A stretch of DNA of 64,000 bases from a virus (IMGVR_UViG_2938709436_000001:27717-91716); one strand, 5' to 3'. Numbered from the stretch's first letter, positions 16,721 through 25,701 are shown. The notes: a model not told the origin generated them from the letters alone. A program made the numbers and translations.

Positions 16721-17050
16721 TTACTTCTTCTTACCTTTCGGCGCTACGGCTTCAACAACCTTAGCGTCTTTAGCTTTACCAGCGCGTTCACGCTTGGTCT
16801 TGCCAGTGCGAACACGGTGTGAGGCAGAAATTACCTGACCACCTTCAACGCGGGAAACGGATTCCCAGATGAATACAACGTTGCCGTCTTCATCACGACG
16901 CTTTTTACGAATGGAAACGGTCTTGGTTACACCGCCCAGACGAACATCGTGTGGTGCAGAGTGAGTCTGCGTTGACTTCGACTCAAACTGGAAAGGCTGT
17001 TTGATTGCGTCGATTGCAGAAACTTTCTTAGTTGCGTTTTTCTTAGCCAT
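16721..17050 (-). CDS. Hypothetical highly basic (Lys-rich) protein
   Basis: 109 aa with K-rich N- and C-termini. Strong RBS GAGGAGAAATACAAC before the ATG. Confidence 0.5.
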   Translation of the reverse strand: MAKKNATKKVSAIDAIKQPFQFESKSTQTHSAPHDVRLGGVTKTVSIRKKRRDEDGNVVFIWESVSRVEGGQVISASHRVRTGKTKRERAGKAKDAKVVEAVAPKGKKK

Positions 17051-17119
17051 GTTGTATTTCTCCTCTATTTGCTAATGTCTTGTTGACGTTGGTAATACTA
17101 ATCTTTCGTACTTCCTTTG

Positions 17120-17287
17120 TCAATCGTTTTTTGAATCTTTTTTCGTTTCTTTATGAAGACCGAGTGAAACATCGTAACGGTCGTACACAGAATTACTATT
17201 CCCTACAGATGAGTCCATTCTGGAATCCCAGTTTGAAGACATGCTTTTGGGCTTACCAATTCCGAAAAAATCATAAATCTTATTCAT
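17120..17287 (-). CDS. Small hypothetical protein (55 aa)
   Basis: MNKIYDFFRIGKPK... with RBS AAGGAGAGACC immediately upstream. It is absent from the ORF track because of its size. Confidence 0.4.
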   Translation of the reverse strand: MNKIYDFFGIGKPKSMSSNWDSRMDSSVGNSNSVYDRYDVSLGLHKETKKDSKND

Positions 17288-17301
17288 GGTCTCTCCTTGT
17301 T

Positions 17302-17378
17302 TGGTAGTTCTGGCAGGGATTGAACCTGCGACCTCTTCCTTATGAGGGAAGCGCTCTAACCAACTAAGCTACAGAACC
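17302..17378 (-). tRNA. tRNA-Met (CAT)
   Basis: Acceptor GGTTCTG/CAGAACT, D-arm TAGCTTAGTTGGTTAGAGC, perfect anticodon stem CTTCC/GGAAG, loop CTCATAA, T-arm GCAGG-TTCAATC-CCTGC. Confidence 0.8.
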
Positions 17379-17401
17379 ATCTCGTCTTGGTGAGGTGAAT
17401 A

Positions 17402-17581
17402 CTACGCACTATCTTTTCTATTGTCAATGTCTTTTTTATCTTTTTCACAAATAAAACAGAACACCTCTCTTTTTGGCCCGATATACTGCTTACCACATTG
17501 CTTGCAAGCCAGGTGGTGGTACATACCACGCAGGCTTTCATGGGGCCAGTCTCTCTCAGAGAACTCAATAAACTGGTCCAT
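17402..17581 (-). CDS. Small C4 zinc-ribbon hypothetical protein (59 aa)
   Basis: MDQFIEFSERDWPHESLRGMYHHLACKQCGKQYIGPKREVFCFICEK... It is in a different frame from the track ORF 17356..17568, which would overlap the tRNA. Confidence 0.35.
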   Translation of the reverse strand: MDQFIEFSERDWPHESLRGMYHHLACKQCGKQYIGPKREVFCFICEKDKKDIDNRKDSA

Positions 17582-17583
17582 TT

Positions 17584-17703
17584 TTAAAACCCCCAGTTTT
17601 CCTCAGAGGAAATACCCTCTCCGAAACCAACGAAAACATCTACGTCTTCAGCTTGGTGAATGCCTTCACCATAACCGATAAATCCGTCAAATTCGTCTTT
17701 CAT
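17584..17703 (-). CDS. Small hypothetical protein (39 aa)
   Basis: MKDEFDGFIGYGEGIHQAEDVDVF... preceded by AAAAGGAGCAAAACG. Confidence 0.3.
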   Translation of the reverse strand: MKDEFDGFIGYGEGIHQAEDVDVFVGFGEGISSEENWGF

Positions 17704-17766
17704 CGTTTTGCTCCTTTTCGTTTTGAACGTGTAATCGCCGCTTCAGCACGGCGCTGCTTGCGGTTT

Positions 17767-18012
17767 TTAGACTGTCCGGAAGATTCGGAGAGCGTACTTG
17801 ATCGTGGAATCACCGTCAACGGGGTAGAAATAGTATAAGCCGCCTTCTTCTCCGAAGGATGCAACATATTTCCAGGCTTCAATGCCGTAGCCAGTCGTAG
17901 CAAAAGCGATATCATCAGCTTCTTCAGTCGCTTCGTCCAGGGTGACGTGATGTGATTCGTGTTCAATATACTCTCCATTATCAGATTTGTGTACAAGTTT
18001 TAATTTAAACAT
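17767..18012 (-). CDS. Hypothetical acidic protein
   Basis: 81 aa MFKLKLVHKSDNGEYIEHESHH... This frame is preferred over the overlapping 17700..17996 ORF because its composition is protein-like. Confidence 0.4.
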   Translation of the reverse strand: MFKLKLVHKSDNGEYIEHESHHVTLDEATEEADDIAFATTGYGIEAWKYVASFGEEGGLYYFYPVDGDSTIKYALRIFRTV

Positions 18013-18091
18013 AATGACCTACCGTTAGTTAATTAAGAAATCGAGTTGTTTCGATAACTTAGATCTTATCAGTGGTCACTATTTTTGTCAA

Positions 18092-18337
18092 TCAAACAAT
18101 GCCAGAGTCCTTGACACCCCTTGAATACTCTGCTATAGCCAGTTTTTGCTCCGGCGTTAGCTCTTCTTCATCCTCTTTCGGATTCTCAATCTCAAGGAGA
18201 TGCTCCTCAAGACCGTCAAGAATGTCTGGCTCCCACGCTTTCTTTTGGTCTATGTGTATAGAAGCACGGTTAAAATCGTTTTTTGCAACGTAATTACGCA
18301 CTGAGATCTGACTCCTTGATCTGTTTTTCGGTTTCAA
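18092..18337 (-). CDS. Hypothetical protein
   Basis: 81 aa ORF with an acidic C-terminus. Confidence 0.35.
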   Translation of the reverse strand: MKPKNRSRSQISVRNYVAKNDFNRASIHIDQKKAWEPDILDGLEEHLLEIENPKEDEEELTPEQKLAIAEYSRGVKDSGIV

Positions 18338-18608
18338 CCAGGTCTACGTTCCCAGTTTTTGTATTCACCCAACGGGTTTCTCCTTTTGTAGCGTGCATTG
18401 TATGTCCACAATCAAAAGAGATGATGCAAACACCCGGCCCGTGGGCTTCGAGATCTGCCTCAAATTCTTCTTTGCAGACTTTACATTCCATCATTACTGG
18501 TCCAAACATCTTAGGCTCCTTAATATAATACGGGTTTGTTGGTGTATTGTTGCACGTCAGGCAATCACGTACTGGCACTTCATGCCATTTACATGGATTT
18601 TCAACCAT
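18294..18608 (-). CDS. Hypothetical Cys-rich (zinc-finger-like) protein
   Basis: Start at MVENPCKWHE... preceded by AAGAGG. It has CxxC motifs (CLTCNN, CKVCKEE). The track ORF extends upstream to 18668. Confidence 0.45.
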   Translation of the reverse strand: MVENPCKWHEVPVRDCLTCNNTPTNPYYIKEPKMFGPVMMECKVCKEEFEADLEAHGPGVCIISFDCGHTMHATKGETRWVNTKTGNVDLVETEKQIKESDLSA

Positions 18609-18861
18609 TATTAAAAACCTCTTCTTTTGTGTAGAATTTTTCTGGGTCTCTGCCATTAGGCATACCATGAATCACGTATACCCCTGGTTTTAACTCCACA
18701 TAACAGACATCGTTAAAGACTGCGCTTTGGAACATAAGTCTAACATTATCACAAGTATCCTTTCTCAACTTGTAATTTCTTTCTACAGTTTTATCAAAGA
18801 CAAAATTAAGAAACAAAGCACAACTAACAATGAGAGCTAAAGGAACAATAATCTTTTTCAT
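18601..18861 (-). CDS. Putative small lipoprotein
   Basis: Start at MKKIIVPLALIVSCALF..., a signal peptide with lipobox IVSC. Confidence 0.45.
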   Translation of the reverse strand: MKKIIVPLALIVSCALFLNFVFDKTVERNYKLRKDTCDNVRLMFQSAVFNDVCYVELKPGVYVIHGMPNGRDPEKFYTKEEVFNNG

Positions 18862-18867
18862 GAAAAC

Positions 18868-18897
18868 CTCAAATAAGAACCCGACCAAGAGGTCGGG
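18868..18897 (-). terminator. Rho-independent terminator downstream of the NAMPT-like gene
   Basis: cccgacc-tcttg-ggtcggg hairpin followed by a T-rich run on the minus strand. Confidence 0.55.
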
Positions 18898-18905
18898 TTT
18901 GTATC

Positions 18906-20591
18906 TTACAGTTGAGCGGCTGCTCGTTCACGAATCGTTGTCAGATCTTCATCGACAATCAACTTGCCGTTGTAGAACACACGACGCAGTTCGTTATCTC
19001 CAGACTGTACCTCTTCCAGTTGGCAATTGTCAATCAGTTCTAACTGACCAAACATATTGCGAACAACTTTCAGGAAACCTTTTGCAGATTTCTTACCGAG
19101 GTCTGTCTTAGGCTCTTTGACAACCATGATTTGCTGACCATCGATCACAGCACCAGTTGCTTTCACAGCCATACCCAGTGAATCACGGGTTGTGTACTGG
19201 GTGGTGAAGGAACCAACACCAAACACGATATTGCTGGATGCAAAACCTTTATCTTTCAGGCGTTCAAAGATGTCTTTTGCACGAGCAACGGTAATTGAGT
19301 CACCGTAGATCAGTCCAACATGCGAATCAAGAACCTTGTAACCTTTGGAGTTAATCTCACCACCAAAGATTTCCCACAGACACTGAATTGCCCCCTTAAC
19401 TTCGTGGTCTTCCAGTCCTGAAGGTTGGAAGTCGAAGAAAGCATTATCTTCATCGTCTACAAGAATTCGGTAGTATTTGCCCTCAATCTTAGCGACTTCT
19501 GAATTCGAGTCTTCCTGCAACGCAGTATGTGCGTCTGACCAGTCATCGAATTCGCCAAGGCTACGGTAACCAGCAATGATGTGCTCTGGAATACCTGAGT
19601 CAGGACGGAATACAACACGACCGTCACGAGCCATGATATCTTCTTTCAGAATCAGCGCTGCACGAGTGATAATCGCCCAGAAGTCATAACTATCTGCTAC
19701 GTAGGAAACAAAACCTTTCGGGAAAATTTCCGTGATGTAGCGTTTCAAGAATTCAACTTCAGCCAGGAAACGCAGATCATCAAGAGACAGATCAGGATGT
19801 TCTGTTTTCAGGCGACCAACGATGAAGCCGATGTTGGTTGTTGCCACACTGTGTTCTGATGCTGGGATTGACCCGGCAACGAACTTACCTTTCATGTTGT
19901 AATAACGGCGAGCATACAGAATCGCAGGGATAGTGTCTGTACCCATTGAGTTGATCAGTTGACCGAACTCGCTCTGTGCTGCATCGTGAGTACCTGATTC
20001 ACCGCGATATGCGAAGCAGTGATTCTGGAATGGAACGTGAAGATTGTTATCACAAGTTTCAGCGGCCCATGCTTCAGACAGTTTACGATACTGCCAGAAG
20101 GTAGTTGCAGTTGTGATAGTTTTCCAGGTTTCTGCTGAAATCACGCTTTCCAGGAAATTCGGTAACCAGTAAAAATCAGGGTGCGTGTTCTGGATTGTGA
20201 ACATCGGGACCTGAACAGGGGACAGTGTTCCCTCTGGAAGAGCACGAATTTCAAGAGGAAGATAGCCAAGATCATGAAGCGCCTCAAAGCCCCATGTTTC
20301 AACCATACCTATGCCGATACTTGAATCGCAAACCTCACGATAATCAGCAACAGCCTCTTCTTTCGGAAGATTGAAGAAGTTATTGTTGAACATATCGATC
20401 AGGAACCACTTAATAAAACCTTGGATGCCTGCGAACATGACACGCTTGTCATTATCAGCAAAGTGAATGAAATGCTTCGCGTTACGCGGAGTCATGTTGT
20501 CCTGAACAATTTCAGAACGTTTATCATACATGGAGATGTGTGAAGGTTTGTAAAAGTCTGCAAACAGGATAGGACTTTCTTGATTAAGCAT
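18906..20591 (-). CDS. Nicotinamide phosphoribosyltransferase-like protein (NAMPT/NadV family; possibly the Namat component of a NARP1-type NAD-reconstitution pathway)
   Basis: N-terminal ILFADFYKPSH resembles the NAMPT LLATDSYKVTH signature. 561 aa. It is encoded two genes away from a Prs homologue, the pairing described for phage NAD reconstitution pathway 1. Confidence 0.7.
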   Translation of the reverse strand: MLNQESPILFADFYKPSHISMYDKRSEIVQDNMTPRNAKHFIHFADNDKRVMFAGIQGFIKWFLIDMFNNNFFNLPKEEAVADYREVCDSSIGIGMVETWGFEALHDLGYLPLEIRALPEGTLSPVQVPMFTIQNTHPDFYWLPNFLESVISAETWKTITTATTFWQYRKLSEAWAAETCDNNLHVPFQNHCFAYRGESGTHDAAQSEFGQLINSMGTDTIPAILYARRYYNMKGKFVAGSIPASEHSVATTNIGFIVGRLKTEHPDLSLDDLRFLAEVEFLKRYITEIFPKGFVSYVADSYDFWAIITRAALILKEDIMARDGRVVFRPDSGIPEHIIAGYRSLGEFDDWSDAHTALQEDSNSEVAKIEGKYYRILVDDEDNAFFDFQPSGLEDHEVKGAIQCLWEIFGGEINSKGYKVLDSHVGLIYGDSITVARAKDIFERLKDKGFASSNIVFGVGSFTTQYTTRDSLGMAVKATGAVIDGQQIMVVKEPKTDLGKKSAKGFLKVVRNMFGQLELIDNCQLEEVQSGDNELRRVFYNGKLIVDEDLTTIRERAAAQL

Positions 20592-20644
20592 GTTTTGTTT
20601 CTCCTTTGTGTGTTTTGATGGGGTGATTCTACACCCCGTTTGTT

Positions 20645-21178
20645 TTAGATGTCAAGTGAAAAATCTAAAGATTTCGATTCTGTTTTCACAGTTGTCGTTT
20701 CTTTAACCAATCTGCAACCTTTTACCTTGATTTCTTTGGCTGGTGACCACTTGGTCGCACGAATATAGAAAGTGTTAGCACGGATGACCATGAAACGTAC
20801 CACATCTTCAGGTGGTTCTTCACGGATGTAGATAGCTACACTTTCGTATGCAGGCCACTTGAAGGGATTATTTGCCGTAACATCAGAATGCACACCACCA
20901 CCGTTGTTTGTGCGCCCCGGAGTTGGGTAAATCGCACATGGGCGATAGCAGGCGTGTTCATCTGGAACCTGGAGAACATTATTTTCTAACCATCCACAGA
21001 TTTTTTCGAGATCAAAATCGTAATGGTCTTCTTTCAGGTCTTCAATATCGGTGCGGTACTCTGCACCAACACCACATTCACCAATCTGCCCGGTGATATG
21101 AGCGCACATGTCACGCTCAAAATTACCAGCATAGGAATCTGTATCGACAACAAAAATAAAACTTGTTGATTCAGTCAT
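20645..21178 (-). CDS. Hypothetical protein between the NAMPT-like and Prs-like genes
   Basis: 177 aa ORF, no recognisable motif. Confidence 0.5.
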   Translation of the reverse strand: MTESTSFIFVVDTDSYAGNFERDMCAHITGQIGECGVGAEYRTDIEDLKEDHYDFDLEKICGWLENNVLQVPDEHACYRPCAIYPTPGRTNNGGGVHSDVTANNPFKWPAYESVAIYIREEPPEDVVRFMVIRANTFYIRATKWSPAKEIKVKGCRLVKETTTVKTESKSLDFSLDI

Positions 21179-21990
21179 TAAAAATTCTCCGTCCAGTCAT
21201 GATACGCATAGATTTCATCAACCCCACCATCGAGGATGACCTGTTTACCGAAAGAAAAGATACCGTGAGTAACGTACAGAATAACACGTTTTGCACCATT
21301 TTCTTTCAGGGCTTGTGCAAGAGCGATGAATGTACGACCCCCGTCGCAGATATCATCAACAATCATACACACTTTACCTTCTACATCTCCGAACACCGCA
21401 GTACCAGTGATTTCGTTGGTCTGCAAATCACGTACTTTACCAGCCTCAACAAGAGGAAGACTGAATCGGTCAGCAACCTTATGGGCTTTCTTGCGAGCAC
21501 CCGCATCAGGTGCTACCACAACCAAAGAGTTGCTATGCAATGTGGAGTTGCCAAGATCTTTCATCTCGGAAATAAGAACATCCTGACCACGGATACGGAC
21601 GTTATTGAGCAGTGCAGCAGAGACATCGCTGTGCGGGTCATCAACGATAACCGTGTCAAAGCCGAGTGAGTTTACGATGTTTGCGAAAACCTTAATGGAT
21701 AACGCTTCACCAGGGTTCATTACACGATCTTGTCGTGCATACGGGATGTATGGAAGGTGCAGGGTGAACTCTGCGTGGTTATGCAATCCTTCCAGACGGG
21801 AACACGCATCAACCAACATAGCCAGTGCCATGACATCAGTTGAATTTTTGATTTTGGCAGTGATATCTACGAAACCGATACCGCCTTTCGGTGCGTGTTT
21901 TAGGTCAATTTTTACCTGTTCCTCACCACCCTTAAAAGTGAAGTGGTCTACAGGAACAACCAGTTTGTTCAAACGTAATTCAATACTCAT
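21178..21990 (-). CDS. prs: Ribose-phosphate pyrophosphokinase (PRPP synthetase) homologue, or ADP-ribose pyrophosphokinase of a NARP1-type pathway
   Basis: Phosphoribosyltransferase PRPP-binding motif CMIVDDICDGGRTF and overall Prs-like organisation. 270 aa. Confidence 0.7.
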   Translation of the reverse strand: MSIELRLNKLVVPVDHFTFKGGEEQVKIDLKHAPKGGIGFVDITAKIKNSTDVMALAMLVDACSRLEGLHNHAEFTLHLPYIPYARQDRVMNPGEALSIKVFANIVNSLGFDTVIVDDPHSDVSAALLNNVRIRGQDVLISEMKDLGNSTLHSNSLVVVAPDAGARKKAHKVADRFSLPLVEAGKVRDLQTNEITGTAVFGDVEGKVCMIVDDICDGGRTFIALAQALKENGAKRVILYVTHGIFSFGKQVILDGGVDEIYAYHDWTENF

Positions 21991-21991
21991 T

Positions 21992-22309
21992 TTATTTCTC
22001 CTCTGTCCAATTGTGAATTTCGTAAATCGTTTTGTTGTGGCCCATATTGGTGCGTGTTGTGTCCTTTGTCAACCACTTTATCTTTTCAAGGTTGCTCACA
22101 CACCTGGCAACGGTTGCCCTCGATAATCCTGTGGCATCAGCAATACTATCAAGCGACTCATGATACGTTTTCCTGAGAGACTTGAAGTAATGATACTGAT
22201 GTCGCATGTAGAGATACACAATCTTGTCGTTGGACGAGGCGCAGGTCACCGACAGCAACTTCAGTTCGAAGTTACCGTAGATGTGCTTACCTGACGCGAT
22301 GTACCCCAT
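21992..22309 (-). CDS. Winged-helix/HTH transcriptional regulator
   Basis: HTH-like segment SLDSIADATGLSRATVARCVSNLEKIKWL. It borders a divergent promoter region containing direct repeats. Confidence 0.5.
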   Translation of the reverse strand: MGYIASGKHIYGNFELKLLSVTCASSNDKIVYLYMRHQYHYFKSLRKTYHESLDSIADATGLSRATVARCVSNLEKIKWLTKDTTRTNMGHNKTIYEIHNWTEEK

Positions 22310-22325
22310 GTCTCTCCTCCATAGC

Positions 22326-22365
22326 CTATACTCAAATTGATACTAAGCCTAGTCTCAAATTGATA
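22326..22365. promoter_or_regulatory. Direct repeats (candidate operator sites) in the divergent intergenic region
   Basis: ctcaaattgata occurs twice, 23 nt apart, adjacent to the HTH regulator gene. AGATCT palindromes follow. Confidence 0.4.
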
Positions 22366-22534
22366 ACAGAAATAAATACTATATAAAATAAATAAAACAA
22401 TACTCTTTTATAAAAACAATAAAACATAAGATCTAAAAACAAGATCTTTTAGTATGATCTATATATTCTACTATCAAAGAGTCGTTCACTTGATGAACCG
22501 CAGTATGAATGAACAGGAATGTGCTGTCAAGGGG

Positions 22535-22562
22535 TTGACTTCAGATTTTGTTCATGTAGAAT
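22535..22562 (+). promoter_or_regulatory. Sigma70-type early promoter
   Basis: TTGACT - 16 nt - TAGAAT upstream of the first plus-strand gene. Confidence 0.55.
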
Positions 22563-22588
22563 GCTCGTATTGTTAAAGGAGATTGTAA

Positions 22589-22911
22589 TGTTGTCAAGTA
22601 AACAAGCAAAAGATATTGGTGATATGGTGTGTGGTAAACCTCGTCGTAAAGCTGAACAGACTGACGAGGAGAAGTCAAGGCTCATGTTGATTCGTGATGT
22701 GTTTCATGAATCAATGAAAGAACAAAATGTGTGTGTAGTTTTACCAGATGGCAAGTCTGAACAGGAAGTGTTCGGAGACTACCTCACGTCATTACGTAGT
22801 CGTCTAAGACGAAGAAATGTCACTGTGGTGTGGTATAAGGACTTGACAGTGGAACATATCGAGAGTAATAATTGTGTGGTGGATCTCAGTGAGATTCGTA
22901 TAACGCTCTGA
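22589..22911 (+). CDS. Hypothetical early protein
   Basis: ATG preceded by AAGGAGATTGTA. The track ORF starts further upstream at a non-ATG codon. Confidence 0.5.
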
Positions 22912-23028
22912 GAAGCGTTGTAAGAGGTTTTAATGGTGTGGTGTTACACTTGGGTTCCCTACACCTGTTTAATTCAATACAGGGCCGCTCAGAGGCTCTG
23001 AGGGCCATTGTGGAGGGTTAATTTGGAT

Positions 23029-23298
23029 ATGAAGAGCATTACCTGCGATAACTCAATCTACAAAGAGGCTTATGAAGCCCTCTTGGAGATTATGAGTGCA
23101 GCGGAGAAACGATATGGTGTTAAGCTGTATCTCGACAGTCGGGTTGACTGGGGTAAGACATGGATGGACTCCAGTGTCTACATTCATGGTGATCGTCATG
23201 TAGTTAATTTGGTGTGCATGAAGCTGATTGTGTGGCAGCACAACCGTAACATTCGTGACGGAATCCTCTATGCTTACCCGGCAACGGAGATAAAATGA
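23029..23298 (+). CDS. Hypothetical protein
   Basis: ORF with GGAGGG RBS before the ATG (MKSITCDN...). Confidence 0.45.
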   Translation: MKSITCDNSIYKEAYEALLEIMSAAEKRYGVKLYLDSRVDWGKTWMDSSVYIHGDRHVVNLVCMKLIVWQHNRNIRDGILYAYPATEIK

Positions 23299-23579
23299 AA
23301 AAAGATATTAAGAAGCCTGTTAAGGACAAGTTCGATACAGAAGCGTTTGTGTTCACAACCGATGTTGGTGTGATCAAGGAAGCTATACAACGTCTTCATG
23401 ATCAAGAGGCAGATCCTGAAGCAGAACCACTCACCAAAGACCAGATCTACTGGATGGGTTGGTGGGAGCTTAATATGCCGGAGGTTGATCGTCGTAAGAT
23501 CGAAAGGGTCCTCACCTGTGCTAAAGAAAATGCGGCCTTAGGCCTCTACAAGAAAACAACAAAAAGGAAGAAAAAATGA
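23295..23579 (+). CDS. Hypothetical protein
   Basis: 94 aa, start overlaps the upstream stop (ATGA). Confidence 0.5.
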   Translation: MKKDIKKPVKDKFDTEAFVFTTDVGVIKEAIQRLHDQEADPEAEPLTKDQIYWMGWWELNMPEVDRRKIERVLTCAKENAALGLYKKTTKRKKK

Positions 23580-23679
23580 AAATTTTCAAGATTGTTTCAA
23601 TGGACAAAAGTCATGAAGATTACTACTGCTATGACTGCGAAAGCTGGGGATTTTTCTGCAAATGTTAAAGGAAAATAAA

Positions 23680-24273
23680 ATGATCGACCACGTTACGTCA
23701 GATACCCACTGGTGGCACACCAATATCCTTGGTTTCCCATCGTGCGATAAGTTCCGTAAGAACCTGTATGGCCCGAAAGAAGACTCAGCCTCCGTTGTCA
23801 AAATGAACGATGACATGGTTAAGACGTGGAACAAACACGTCAAGCCTGACGATGTGGTGGCACACCTGGGTGATTTCGTTATTGCCTATGGTAAGCACGT
23901 TGAGCCAAAGGTTCGTGATATTTTGAGCCGTATCAATGGGAAGATCATTCTGGTTGGTGGTAATCATGACAACCATCAGACAAAGCGTATCTTCCGTGAG
24001 TTTGGTCATGAAGTCGTGGACTATAAGGAAATTGAGTTCAGCACCGGGAAAGAAAAGGTGAAGGTGTGTATGTCCCACTATCCGTTTGCATCATGGAATA
24101 AGGCACATCACGGGTCGGTAATGCTGCACGGTCACAGCCACGGCTCCTATACGGCCCCTGGTGGGCGTATTTTGGATGTGGGTTGGGATGTGCATGGTCG
24201 TCCTTTAACGATGTGTGAAGCTGTTCTGATGTGCCTTGCTAAACCAATTTACACTGCTGATCATGGAGAATAA
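23680..24273 (+). CDS. Calcineurin-like metallophosphoesterase
   Basis: Motifs DTHWWH, HLGDF and GGNHD match the DxH / GD / GNHD phosphoesterase signature. AAAGGAA RBS. Confidence 0.65.
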   Translation: MIDHVTSDTHWWHTNILGFPSCDKFRKNLYGPKEDSASVVKMNDDMVKTWNKHVKPDDVVAHLGDFVIAYGKHVEPKVRDILSRINGKIILVGGNHDNHQTKRIFREFGHEVVDYKEIEFSTGKEKVKVCMSHYPFASWNKAHHGSVMLHGHSHGSYTAPGGRILDVGWDVHGRPLTMCEAVLMCLAKPIYTADHGE

Positions 24274-24277
24274 TATG

Positions 24278-24631
24278 CACAATAAGCCTCGTAATTTTTT
24301 ACCAAAGAAGACTTCTAAGTCTTTCTATGCAACAATTCACATCGCTGGCAACTACAATCAGGCTGAAAACCTGTGCCGTCAGTGGGTGATGAAGGGTGCT
24401 TGTGTGCAGATCTCTCCGTGTACCTACGTGTATACTGGTGGTGTTGAGGATGGAATGACTGTTAGGATCATGCAATACCCCCGCTTTGAGCGTCCTGAGC
24501 ACGAAATCCTTGATATGGCTGTTGAACTTGGTTCATTCCTAGCCCAAGAGCTTTGCCAGATTAGTTTCAGCGTAGAAACACCTTATAATACAGCATATTA
24601 CCAAGCGGAAGGCTATGAAAAAAGATCTTGA
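24278..24631 (+). CDS. Hypothetical protein
   Basis: ORF following the phosphoesterase, with GGAG 8 nt upstream of the ATG (MHNKPRNF...). Confidence 0.4.
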   Translation, partial: HNKPRNFLPKKTSKSFYATIHIAGNYNQAENLCRQWVMKGACVQISPCTYVYTGGVEDGMTVRIMQYPRFERPEHEILDMAVELGSFLAQELCQISFSVETPYNTAYYQAEGYEKRS

Positions 24632-24812
24632 TCAGTTGGGTAATGTCGCATTTTTAATCTCAGAGCTTGAAGATTACGTTGACATGCTGGACCTGAGCAT
24701 TTATGATGATTACCAAGAAATGAAACTAGCACAAAAAGAAGTGCTTAAAATACTGAAAAGTCTCAGATTGAGGAGAGAAAATGAAATTCAACGTAGACGA
24801 TCTGGTCGCTAA
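24615..24812 (+). CDS. Hypothetical protein
   Basis: 65 aa ORF, overlapping arrangement typical of phage operons. Confidence 0.4.
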   Translation: MKKDLDQLGNVAFLISELEDYVDMLDLSIYDDYQEMKLAQKEVLKILKSLRLRRENEIQRRRSGR

Positions 24813-25701
24813 AAAACTGGTAACCAAAAAGACTTATACCGAAGGCCCGTTCGCGGGTCTTTCCGTTCTGAAATATAAGAACAATGTGTTCTGGGACAAC
24901 CTGTGGCACACAGACGCACGTCTTCTTGAGTGTCGTGGCATGGTTGTTGATGCAGAGGACAACGTTGTTATCTGGCCTTTCACGAAGATTTTCAACCGCT
25001 TCGAGAATAACACCGATGTTCCACAAGATCAGTTAGTGTGTGTTCCACGTAAAGTTAATGGCTTTATGGCAGCGATGAGCGTTTACAAAGGCGAGGTGAT
25101 TGTATCTACAACTGGAACACTTGATTCTGAATTTGCACAAATGGCAAAAGACAAGATCACCGCTGCAATGCCTGACGGAATGCTGGATTATTTCGTGAAA
25201 AATGCTGGTCCATGCACACTTATCTTCGAAATCTGCGATGATAGTGACCCACACATTGTTGGAGAAGAAGCTGGGGCTTACCTGATCGGTTGTCGTGTCC
25301 ACTTGAGTGGTGGTATGCTCCCAGAATGGGACCTTGATAGGGTTGCAGATCGATATGGCTGGAAACGTGCTGGCTGGGACAATATGCTCTTCAGCGATGT
25401 TGTTAAGGCCTCTCAGTCGGTTAATCATGAAGGGTTTGTTGTGCGTGATGTTGATACCAATGAGTTGTTGCTTAAAATCAAGTCACCACATTACCTGGCG
25501 AAGAAGTTCCTGATGCGTGGTAGCCAGAACAAGTGGGACATGATCTGGGACAACCCTAAAGAAGCTAAGAAGCGTATCGACGAAGAGTTCTACGAACTCC
25601 TTGATTGGCTTCGCTGGGCTTACGAAAAAGAAGAGTGGGCGGCTAAGGACTCTCAGTATCGCCGTATGATTATTGAAAAATACTTCGAGGATCGTAAATG
25701 A
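24781..25701 (+). CDS. ATP-dependent RNA-ligase-like nucleotidyltransferase (Rnl2-like motif set)
   Basis: Motif I KVNGF (KxNG), motif IV EGFVVR and motif V LKIKS in the correct order. No OB domain. It is distinct from the larger DNA ligase downstream. GAGGAGAGAAA RBS. Confidence 0.6.
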   Translation: MKFNVDDLVAKKLVTKKTYTEGPFAGLSVLKYKNNVFWDNLWHTDARLLECRGMVVDAEDNVVIWPFTKIFNRFENNTDVPQDQLVCVPRKVNGFMAAMSVYKGEVIVSTTGTLDSEFAQMAKDKITAAMPDGMLDYFVKNAGPCTLIFEICDDSDPHIVGEEAGAYLIGCRVHLSGGMLPEWDLDRVADRYGWKRAGWDNMLFSDVVKASQSVNHEGFVVRDVDTNELLLKIKSPHYLAKKFLMRGSQNKWDMIWDNPKEAKKRIDEEFYELLDWLRWAYEKEEWAAKDSQYRRMIIEKYFEDRK

